The translations under genes and the position numbers were made by a program. Of a DNA stretch of 64,000 nt, positions 40,748-48,956 are shown one piece after another. Every line of letters begins with the position of its first letter. Within the stretch, counting starts at the first letter, position 1. Where the stretch lies: contig JAOPTT010000002.1 in NCBI GenBank assembly GCA_051531975.1, forward strand, positions 345,968-409,967, in the 5' to 3' direction. Origin of the DNA: Spirochaetaceae bacterium (GTDB lineage: Bacteria > Spirochaetota > Spirochaetia > DSM-2461). The notes under the pieces are model-generated. The model saw only the letters and a list, made by a program, of their open reading frames with translations, had not been told where the DNA came from and searched no databases.

Positions 40748-42907
40748 CTATCCAACCTCACCATTTTTAACAACTGATGTTGTAAGAACTTTACCATTAC
40801 AAACTAATGGAGTATTACCTACAGTAACTATACCATCCACAGTTTTTAGTGGTATATCAAAAAAGGCATTAACTTTTATTCTTTTAGGATATGGGTAAAC
40901 TTTAAAGTCTTCGCCTTGTAACGCTACTCTGTCACCTGGTTCTGTATCATCTAAAAAGATTACTTCAATATTATCTTTTGAGTCACTAGCAGCTAATAAC
41001 ATTCCTTGGCTTTTTACACCACGAAGGTTTGCTGGTTTAAGGTTGTAAACTAGAACTACTGTTTTACCTATAAGTTCCTCTTTTGTATAGTTAGATTTAA
41101 TCCCTGAAACTATAGTTCTTTGATGATCTACACCTGTTTCCACTGTTTCAATATAAAGCTTATCTGCTTCTGGGTGATCATCCACAGCTATAATTTTTCC
41201 AGCTCTTAAATCTATTTTATCCCTAAACTGCTCTTCTTGAGTTAACTCTTTTGCAGCTCGTTCAGCTTGGGAGCCAGCATATTTTTCCCTTAACTCTTCG
41301 ATTTTTTTATTTTCAATCTTAGAAAAAAGTATCTCAGGTTTTGATATTGTAGTTATACCTTCCAGTTTTCCTAAATCTGACCATTTCAGATCTGATAAAC
41401 CTAAAAATGATAAAATCCTTTTAGATGTACCAGGCATATATGGTTCAATTAAAATAGCTAAATCTTTAACAAGATAGATTAAGTTTTTTAATAGTTTTGC
41501 AGCAGCCTCTGGGTCTTCTGTTCTTGTTCTCCATGGCTCACCATCTTGGAAAGCTTTGTTTCCAACTGATGATAAGTGGAATATCTCTTTAAAGGTATCT
41601 CTTAAACTTGCAGTTTCAAATTTTGATGTTATATGTGTCTCTCGTTTTCTAACTTCAGTCCAGAACTCTACATCCTCTGGGGCATCTGGAACTTTTCCAT
41701 CAAAAAATCTAGCTGCAAATGTGAATGTTCTATTAACAAGATTACTTAAGTTACCAATTAATTCGCCATTAACCTTCTCTTGAAAGTCTGACCATGTAAA
41801 CTGTGTATCAGTTTTCTCTGGTCTGATATAAAAGATATAAAATCTCCAAACATCCGCTGGAATTCCTGTATCTTTACAATCGTTACCAAATATTCCTATA
41901 CCTTTACTTTTAGAGAACTTACCATTTTCATAGTTTAAGTACTCAGAAGATGACATGTGATGTAACATTGTCCAGTTCTCACCACTTTCTAACTGTGTAG
42001 ATGGGAATATAACTGTATGGAATGGAATATTATCTTTACCAATAAATTGGAATAGTTCAACGTTATCTGGGTTATACCACCAATCCTTCCAATCATCAAA
42101 TTTATCTGCAGTTATAGAAACATAACCTATTGGAGCATCGAACCAAACATAAAATACTTTATCTTCGAAACCCTCTTTAGGTACGGGAATTCCCCACTTT
42201 AAATCCCTTGTTATACTTCTCTCTCTAAGGCCATCTCGTATCCAACTCTTAGTCATTGAAACTGCATTCTTAGCCCAATGACCTTTAACAGAAGCCTCTT
42301 CCATCCACTCTTCTAACTTTGGAAGAATACCTGGTAGATCTAAGTATAAGTGAGTTGTACTTCTTGGTTCTGGAGTGTTGTGACATGTACCACATTTAGG
42401 ATTTATTAGATCTGTAGTTTCTAATAATTTACCACAATCTTCACACTGGTCTCCTGTAGCATTTACCGAGTCACAATGTGGACAAGTACCTTTTACAAAT
42501 CTATCTGCTAAAAACTTTGAACACTCTGTACAAAAGAGTTGAGTTGTTGTTTTCTCATTAATGTAACCAGCTGCATCAACCTTTTTAAATAGGTCTTGTA
42601 CTATATCGTGATGTACCTGGTTTGATGTTCTTCCAAAATGATCAAAATCTATATTAAACCAGTTATATATATCTGCATGGATGTGATGGAATTTATCGCA
42701 TAACTCTCTAGAAGTCACACCCTCTTGTTGTGCTTTAGTCTCTGTTGCTGTTCCGTGTTCGTCTGTACCACAAACATATAGTGTTTCATAACCATAAGAC
42801 CGACAATATCGGGCAAAGACGTCGGCGGATAAAACTTGAATTAAATTCCCTAAGTGTGGGACATTATTTACATATGGTAGTGCTGATGTTACTAATCTCT
42901 TCTTCAT
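40748..42907 (-). CDS. metG: methionine--tRNA ligase with C-terminal tRNA-binding domain
   Basis: ALPYVNNVPHLGN, Zn knuckles, YVWFDAP, KFSKS, LRGVKSQGMLLAA. Confidence 0.96.
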   Translation of the reverse strand: MKKRLVTSALPYVNNVPHLGNLIQVLSADVFARYCRSYGYETLYVCGTDEHGTATETKAQQEGVTSRELCDKFHHIHADIYNWFNIDFDHFGRTSNQVHHDIVQDLFKKVDAAGYINEKTTTQLFCTECSKFLADRFVKGTCPHCDSVNATGDQCEDCGKLLETTDLINPKCGTCHNTPEPRSTTHLYLDLPGILPKLEEWMEEASVKGHWAKNAVSMTKSWIRDGLRERSITRDLKWGIPVPKEGFEDKVFYVWFDAPIGYVSITADKFDDWKDWWYNPDNVELFQFIGKDNIPFHTVIFPSTQLESGENWTMLHHMSSSEYLNYENGKFSKSKGIGIFGNDCKDTGIPADVWRFYIFYIRPEKTDTQFTWSDFQEKVNGELIGNLSNLVNRTFTFAARFFDGKVPDAPEDVEFWTEVRKRETHITSKFETASLRDTFKEIFHLSSVGNKAFQDGEPWRTRTEDPEAAAKLLKNLIYLVKDLAILIEPYMPGTSKRILSFLGLSDLKWSDLGKLEGITTISKPEILFSKIENKKIEELREKYAGSQAERAAKELTQEEQFRDKIDLRAGKIIAVDDHPEADKLYIETVETGVDHQRTIVSGIKSNYTKEELIGKTVVLVYNLKPANLRGVKSQGMLLAASDSKDNIEVIFLDDTEPGDRVALQGEDFKVYPYPKRIKVNAFFDIPLKTVDGIVTVGNTPLVCNGKVLTTSVVKNGEVG

Positions 42908-42985
42908 GCCCAAATAATACCAAATTTTTATATCCTTGACTATAAGCCTACAGAATATTACTTTTAATATAAGTAAGGAGTTTTT

Positions 42986-43969
42986 ATGTCAGAAGAGAAT
43001 GTGACAAATATGGTTAAAAAGCCAAATTCTCGGTTTATTACTATTGTAATAATTGTTGTAGCAGTACTATTAGTTGGTGCTAACAGCTTTTATATAGTAT
43101 CACCGCAAGAAGAGGCTGTAGTTCTTAATTTTGGTAAGTTTCAATCTATGGAACAATCGGGATTACACTTTAAAATACCAGTAATACAGAAGGTTTATAC
43201 AGTTAAAACTAAAGAAGTTAAAATAATGAACTTTGGTTTCATTCAACAATCTGGTGAGGATTCAACATATAGAGGAATCCCTGAAGAGTCCAACCTATTA
43301 ACAGGAGATTCTAATATATTAGATATTAGATGGAGTATTCAGTACCAGATAACAAGTCCTAGAGATTGGTTATTTAATGTATATGACAGAGGAAATAGTA
43401 CACTTAATAGAGAGAAAACTATTAAGGATATAAGTCTGTCTGTTGTTAATAAAATTATTGGAGATAACTCTTTAAATAGAATATTCGAAGGTGATAGAGA
43501 TACACTTAAATTCCAAGCATTAGAAGAAATGAATGAAAAAGTAAGAAAAGTTGGTCTAGGTATCGATATCCTGAGAGTTGAGTTTGATACTGTTGCTGCA
43601 CCTGAGGGTGAAGTTCAACAAGCATTTAGCGATGTAACTGCAGCTACAGTTGAGAGAGATAGATACTTAGATGAAGGTGAAGTTTACAGAAGTACACAGC
43701 TACCTAAAGCTAAGGGTGAGGCTCAGAAACAGAGAGAGATGGCAAACGGTTATGCAATTGAAAGAGTTAACCTTGCAAAGGGTGATGTTGCTAAGTTTAG
43801 TGCAATTTACAAAGAGTATAAAAAGAATCCAACAATAACTAGACAACGTATGTACTATGAAATGATGGAAAATCTTGTTAAAAACTCAGGTCAAATTGAC
43901 TTAATAGACAAAGATTTAACGAATTTTATACCTTTCAAAAGTCTTAATGCTCAGGGAGGTCTAGAATAA
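42986..43969 (+). CDS. hflK: FtsH protease modulator HflK
   Basis: SPFH domain, LTGDSN, VQQAFSDV, TRQRMYYE. Confidence 0.88.
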   Translation: MSEENVTNMVKKPNSRFITIVIIVVAVLLVGANSFYIVSPQEEAVVLNFGKFQSMEQSGLHFKIPVIQKVYTVKTKEVKIMNFGFIQQSGEDSTYRGIPEESNLLTGDSNILDIRWSIQYQITSPRDWLFNVYDRGNSTLNREKTIKDISLSVVNKIIGDNSLNRIFEGDRDTLKFQALEEMNEKVRKVGLGIDILRVEFDTVAAPEGEVQQAFSDVTAATVERDRYLDEGEVYRSTQLPKAKGEAQKQREMANGYAIERVNLAKGDVAKFSAIYKEYKKNPTITRQRMYYEMMENLVKNSGQIDLIDKDLTNFIPFKSLNAQGGLE

Positions 43970-44892
43970 TGCCTAAAAAATCGACACTTATAACACTTAT
44001 AGTAGTATTTGCAGTTGTAGTACTATTTTTTAACTCAATGTTTATTGTAGAAGAGGGTTACCAAGCAATAACAGTTCGAGTTGGTAGAATTGTAAATACC
44101 TATACAAATGCTGGAATTAACTTTAAAGCACCATTTGTAGATAAAGCTGAAATTTTTCCTAAAAAGACACTAACATGGAATAATAAACCAAAGGATATTA
44201 TCACAAACGATAAAGAGTATCTTCAGGTTAACGTTACAGTTAGATGGAAAATTGTAGACCTTGTAACTTTCTACGAAACAAATAGAAGTATTCAGGGATC
44301 TTACGGGAAACTTGATACTATATTAGACCCAGAAATTAAGTCAGTTATTGCTGCTAACGATAGAGTTGAAGTAGTTAGAACAACAAATGATATGTTAAAT
44401 GACCAATATAAAACTTCTGAATCTAAATCTATTTCTACTGGTCGTGATGTTATATCTAGAACTATTAAAGAAAATGTAGAAGATAGTTTTAAGAAAATGG
44501 GTATAGAGATAATCGATGTTATTTTTAAACAGGTACGTTTTAGTGATACTTTAACAAGATCTGTTTACGATAGAATGATTAAATCTAGAAAGGTTATCGC
44601 CGAGGAGTACCGATCTACAGGTATTGGTGAGAAGCAGAGAATTATTGGTGAAACTGATAAACAAGTTTTAACTCTTAGTTCTGCAGCCCAAGCCTATGTT
44701 CAAGAAAAACAAGGTGAAGCCGATGCTGAAGCTGCAAAGATTTATGCTGATGCATACAATATCGATGCTGGTGCATCTGATTTCTACAACTTCTGGAGAG
44801 CAATGGAATCTTACCAAATGACTCTACCTAAGTTTAATAAAACACTTTCAACTGACATGGATTATTTTAAATACATGTACAGTCCTAACTAA
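43969..44892 (+). CDS. hflC: FtsH protease modulator HflC
   Basis: SPFH domain, VYDRM..SR..IAEEYRS.G, FYNFWRAMESY. Confidence 0.88.
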   Translation: MPKKSTLITLIVVFAVVVLFFNSMFIVEEGYQAITVRVGRIVNTYTNAGINFKAPFVDKAEIFPKKTLTWNNKPKDIITNDKEYLQVNVTVRWKIVDLVTFYETNRSIQGSYGKLDTILDPEIKSVIAANDRVEVVRTTNDMLNDQYKTSESKSISTGRDVISRTIKENVEDSFKKMGIEIIDVIFKQVRFSDTLTRSVYDRMIKSRKVIAEEYRSTGIGEKQRIIGETDKQVLTLSSAAQAYVQEKQGEADAEAAKIYADAYNIDAGASDFYNFWRAMESYQMTLPKFNKTLSTDMDYFKYMYSPN

Positions 44893-44910
44893 AAATATAA
44901 AAACAATAAT

Positions 44911-44938
44911 AGCCCACATAGAAATATGTGGGTTTTTT
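44911..44938 (+). terminator. intrinsic terminator
   Basis: CCCACATA-GAAA-TATGTGGG-TTTTTT. Confidence 0.85.
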
Positions 44939-44964
44939 ATTTATAAAGGTTTATAATTAAAATT

Positions 44965-45423
44965 ATGACTTATGATATAGAAACTGTAGACCAATATATA
45001 AAAGAAATTCCGGCTGCTAGAGCAGTTGTAATAGAAAAATTAAGATCTATATTATTAAAGAACCTACCAGAAGGTTTTGAAGAGACAATATTATACAAAA
45101 TGCCATCTTATGTGATACCGCACTCTATTTACCCAGATGGATACCACTGCAATCCAAAAGATCCCCTACCCTTCATATCTATTGCATCTCAAAAGAATTT
45201 TATTGCATTCTACCACATGGGAATTTATGCAAATACAGAGCTTTTAGAGTGGTTTCAATTAAAATATATAGACCTCGAAATAGGAAAACTAGATATGGGA
45301 AAAAGTTGTATTAGATTTAAAAACTTAAAAAAAATACCCTATGACCTTCTAGAAGAATTAGTAAAAAAAATTACTGTAGAAGAATGGATAGGGCTTTATG
45401 AATATAGTAAAAAGAAAACTTAA
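44965..45423 (+). CDS. DUF1801 (YdhG-like) protein
   Basis: YKMPSY, YPDGYHC.PK.PLPF, LDMGKSCIRFK. Confidence 0.85.
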   Translation: MTYDIETVDQYIKEIPAARAVVIEKLRSILLKNLPEGFEETILYKMPSYVIPHSIYPDGYHCNPKDPLPFISIASQKNFIAFYHMGIYANTELLEWFQLKYIDLEIGKLDMGKSCIRFKNLKKIPYDLLEELVKKITVEEWIGLYEYSKKKT

Positions 45424-45977
45424 CCCATATATACTTTTAATACAGCAATATCTTTAAGGTAGTCTATCTTTTCAATAAAAACATCGTTAATTTTATAACC
45501 TGTTCTAGATTCTAAAACTTCAATCAGTTCAGTTTTTTTATCTTTATGGATTAATTTAATATCCTCGAATATTATTCTCTTATAAGCTTTGTAATTTCTT
45601 AACCACTTTTTTTCCATGATATAAGTTGCTAAAACGATTATAATATTTGCAAATGCTATCTCGTAAATGCTTAAACCAGATGTAACAGTTGAGTTAATTA
45701 TTGCTACAACTATTGAAATGAACATATATGTCATCTCTTTTATAGGTAGTGGTTCTGTTCTATATCTTAAGATTGAGAATATTGCAAAAATACCAAATGC
45801 GAAACCTGTATTAAGATCACTTTTACTTAACAAACTTGATACAAAAAAGATAAGAATGTTAAAAATAATAAAGTTAAATAGATACTCTGAATTCCTATTT
45901 ATTTTGTAATAAATCCCCCAAGTTAAAATAACAATTACAACTGCATTTATAAGAAACCTTAATAATAATACGTCCAT
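45420..45977 (-). CDS. DUF4956 membrane protein
   Basis: GFAFGIFAIFSILRYRTEP..IKEMTYMF; directly follows the VTC gene. Confidence 0.85.
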   Translation of the reverse strand: MDVLLLRFLINAVVIVILTWGIYYKINRNSEYLFNFIIFNILIFFVSSLLSKSDLNTGFAFGIFAIFSILRYRTEPLPIKEMTYMFISIVVAIINSTVTSGLSIYEIAFANIIIVLATYIMEKKWLRNYKAYKRIIFEDIKLIHKDKKTELIEVLESRTGYKINDVFIEKIDYLKDIAVLKVYMG

Positions 45978-46760
45978 TTACGATACCCTCTCTAATTTAT
46001 AATTTTCTTCTTTGTCTATATTATTTGAGCTTAGAAGTTTATTTATCTCTCTAATTTTTATATTCATATTATTCTGTTTAACTTCAGAGTAGTGACTTGA
46101 TATTCCAAGACAGTACTTACTAAAAGACAGTGGCTTTATTCTGTATTCCTGAAGTTTATTAATCATTTTTGAGTCTCTTTTGTCACCTTCAAACTTAACT
46201 TCTATTATAGCTAAACCTTCATGTGCAGAATCGTAATTCCCCGAGGAATAACTTAGATTAAAATCTACTGTCACCCTCTCTGTCATACTTTTATCAACTA
46301 GTGTAATTCTGTTATATTTAACCTCAATTTTCTCTTCTAAGCCCTCGGTCGAGAACGGTAGATGTTTATTCAAAAAATCCATGTTATCTAATAAGCTATC
46401 TTGTCCTGTTGTCTCTACACGTCTTTTTATAGTTCTCTTTTTGTTATTTTTGAACTTCAGTTCAAGAAATTGTTGCCCTGTTAAACCGTAGGTTCGGCTT
46501 CGAACCTTATATCTGTTTTGTTTCCCATTCTGATGAGACGTATAAAGTCCAAAGTCAGGCATATCATAATAAACAGATGAATATGGCATAATCTTAATAC
46601 CCTCAATTTCTAATATAAAATACTCATCTAAAACGCTATTTAGAACAGTTAATAAGCTATTGCTTGAAACAGTATATTTACATTCTTTTCTATTCATAAG
46701 CTTTACTGTATCCATATTTTTAAGATTTATAGATTCAAAGTTATTTAATAAAGTATTCAT
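45978..46760 (-). CDS. polyphosphate polymerase (VTC/CYTH-like) domain protein
   Basis: RKECKY, SVYYD, RYKVRSRTY, FLELK, YNRITL, ERVTVD, IIEVK, FSKYC. Confidence 0.88.
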   Translation of the reverse strand: MNTLLNNFESINLKNMDTVKLMNRKECKYTVSSNSLLTVLNSVLDEYFILEIEGIKIMPYSSVYYDMPDFGLYTSHQNGKQNRYKVRSRTYGLTGQQFLELKFKNNKKRTIKRRVETTGQDSLLDNMDFLNKHLPFSTEGLEEKIEVKYNRITLVDKSMTERVTVDFNLSYSSGNYDSAHEGLAIIEVKFEGDKRDSKMINKLQEYRIKPLSFSKYCLGISSHYSEVKQNNMNIKIREINKLLSSNNIDKEENYKLERVS

Positions 46761-46791
46761 TTTGACATCCTTTAAATTTTATTTGTAAAAG

Positions 46792-46823
46792 TTCACCTAG
46801 AGGGAGGAAACTCTCTAGGTGAA
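46792..46823 (-). terminator. intra-operon hairpin between CotH and VTC genes
   Basis: TTCACCTAGAG...CTCTAGGTGAA 11-bp stem followed by CTTTT on the minus strand. Confidence 0.55.
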
Positions 46824-46827
46824 TAGT

Positions 46828-48216
46828 TTATTTTTCTAAATAAAGGTCTACTGCTTTGTTTCTATTAACAACATGTGTCTTTAAAGACTCTACATCGTAT
46901 TTTGAACTGTACTCTTTTAACAAATCATAATATTTGTTATATATTGCTGTCATTTTATTAGTTGTAAAAACTTCTGATGTAAACTGATCTAGGTATTTAT
47001 TATATATAGCCTTATACTCTTTATTATCTAAAATATAATTTATTAAAGGCCAATCTTCTGAAACTTCGTTTAATGATAAAGTAGTTAGTCCCTGTTTACC
47101 TTGTTGCAGTGCTTCATTATTATCCCAAGGAATCCAATTTAACAATCCTGTTTCTGGGTCATTGTAAAGATAAAAGTTATGGCTCATTTTTCCATAAGTA
47201 TCCCAGTTTTGAATACTACTATTAGCTGCCAACCATTTTAAAAAACCATCAACATTAAATACATCTTCTAATTTAGATTTCCACTTAGTAACATTTGTAA
47301 TTCTTAAGGAACTATTTATCATTTCATATAGAGATTTAACATCTGAGTAATCGGCTTCTTTTTTATTACTCTTTTTTTCCATATCATTTTCATTAAATGT
47401 TCCCCCAGCAAATGTAGCTCCAGAACCTTCTGGTTTGTATAGGTTACCAGAATCATCACCTAACTGGGTATCAATAACAGTATCATCCATCTCTTCTACA
47501 ATTGTATAAATACCTAAAGATTTAACACCTTCACCAAAGTCTATATATATCTGACAAAATGATGTTTGTGCTGAAACTAGACCCCATTCTCTAAATAGAT
47601 CCGAAGCTACTTTCTCTCTCATTAAAGATTTATCATTAAAATTGTTATTAAGATTTAACTGTTCAAATCCATAAAATGTTCTATCTTCAACTTCGGGATA
47701 ATCTTCATCTAATTTATCAAAATCTAACTTAAATGATTTTTTAAGATCGCCACTATAAAAAGCATCTTTTAGACTAGAATTACCTTTAAATCTAATTCCA
47801 ACATGTTCCCAAGTTTGATTCTCAAAAGTTATAGATGATTCGACCCAGATAGGATCAAAATCTACTAAATTAACTCCGTTGACACCAATATTATTATTAA
47901 TTGGTGCATCACCAGGTATTTCTCTCATGGGTCTATCAGCCATTGAATCATTACCCATTGGTCGTGGTCCAGTAGGTCTTGGTCCAGTTGGTCTAGTTCC
48001 CATAGCTGGTGCTCCACCACCTCTGTTATTGCCATTTTCTGGAAAGTTATCAACTAAGTCCTGATTCATAGCCTCCCAGTCATCCTTATCAATTTTAATA
48101 TTAATTGTTAAAAGTTCTGATTGGTTAAAAACAGTCCCATATATTGGTGTATTTTCTTTACTATAAATATTAAACATTGTTATTAATAATAACATGATTA
48201 TATAGTTTCTCTTCAT
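46828..48216 (-). CDS. secreted CotH kinase family protein
   Basis: Signal peptide; GIRFKGNSS, SFKLDF, DKSLMRE, NWDTY...HNFYLY, WIPWD; start at ATG 48216 with AAGGGG RBS. Confidence 0.9.
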   Translation of the reverse strand: MKRNYIIMLLLITMFNIYSKENTPIYGTVFNQSELLTINIKIDKDDWEAMNQDLVDNFPENGNNRGGGAPAMGTRPTGPRPTGPRPMGNDSMADRPMREIPGDAPINNNIGVNGVNLVDFDPIWVESSITFENQTWEHVGIRFKGNSSLKDAFYSGDLKKSFKLDFDKLDEDYPEVEDRTFYGFEQLNLNNNFNDKSLMREKVASDLFREWGLVSAQTSFCQIYIDFGEGVKSLGIYTIVEEMDDTVIDTQLGDDSGNLYKPEGSGATFAGGTFNENDMEKKSNKKEADYSDVKSLYEMINSSLRITNVTKWKSKLEDVFNVDGFLKWLAANSSIQNWDTYGKMSHNFYLYNDPETGLLNWIPWDNNEALQQGKQGLTTLSLNEVSEDWPLINYILDNKEYKAIYNKYLDQFTSEVFTTNKMTAIYNKYYDLLKEYSSKYDVESLKTHVVNRNKAVDLYLEK

Positions 48217-48266
48217 CTTAAAACCCCTTGTACTAAGAGAACTATATAATATAAATGAATTTACTT

Positions 48267-48303
48267 GGTTAACACTTTGTAAAACAATTGTAAACTTTGT
48301 AAA
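48267..48303 (-). promoter_or_regulatory. OmpR/PhoP-box-like direct repeats upstream of CotH-VTC-DUF4956
   Basis: Minus strand TTTACA-N3-TTTACA-N5-TTTACA-N5-TTAACC, followed by TATA-like hexamers at 48241-48253. Confidence 0.55.
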
Positions 48304-48400
48304 CATCTAGAATTTGTATTTCAAACTATACTCTATTGTTTTGAATGATGTAAATTTTAAACTATTTTGATATTTCATAACCCAAATTAATATGACTATA

Positions 48401-48736
48401 TTAGGAAGAGATAGGAATATTTTTAAGATTAAATGCTACAGTAACAAAGAGTTGTATTCCCTGCCTCAAAACATCATCGGGAAAATCAAAGTCTGCTGCG
48501 TGAAGAGGCGATGTCTCATCTCCAAGTCCCAGAAGAAGAATGGCTCCCGCCTTTTCATCTGTATAAAAAGAGAAATCTTCAGAGACTGTTTTTGCATGAG
48601 TTTCATTGACTACGGCCTGTATATCTTCATATTGAGATGAAGCTTCTTTCAGAATTTGATTTTAATCACTTAGGAAACCGCCATCTTTGGAAACAGGTTT
48701 AAAATATTTGGAGGTATATTATGTTTTAACAAGGCA
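48401..48736 (-). pseudogene. 3' fragment of an M20 amidohydrolase paralogue
   Basis: Ungapped match 48429-48736 to 51639-51946 (about 56 mismatches in 308 nt by hand count); two in-frame TAA stops. Confidence 0.88.
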
Positions 48737-48849
48737 TTAGCAAACTCAGCACCCTTCCTATACTCAATAATATCCCAACCATCCATAAAATGGACAGTCT
48801 TGAGATTTGCTTGGAAAATTTGCCTATTTTCCTCATAGAGTAACCAAGT
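48732..48849 (-). pseudogene. internal fragment of an acyltransferase paralogue
   Basis: Ungapped match to 52978-53095 (about 84% identity by hand count). Confidence 0.85.
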
Positions 48850-48956
48850 TTGCGGAGTGTTCGTAATAATCTGAGACAGGGAAAGCCTGTGACATGGTAG
48901 AGAGCCTATTTGGGAATAAGTTTGCTAACTTTATTACAATAAAAGGTGTCTATATA

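Noticed and set aside
47956..48003. 15-bp tandem repeats as a CRISPR-like or VNTR element
   Set aside because: They encode a low-complexity RPTGP linker inside CotH; no spacers or cas genes
48217..48306. N-terminal extension of the CotH ORF
   Set aside because: It covers the promoter repeats; the signal peptide and RBS start at 48216
48392..48640. 82-aa plus-strand ORF from the track
   Set aside because: It is the antisense shadow of the amidohydrolase pseudogene fragment
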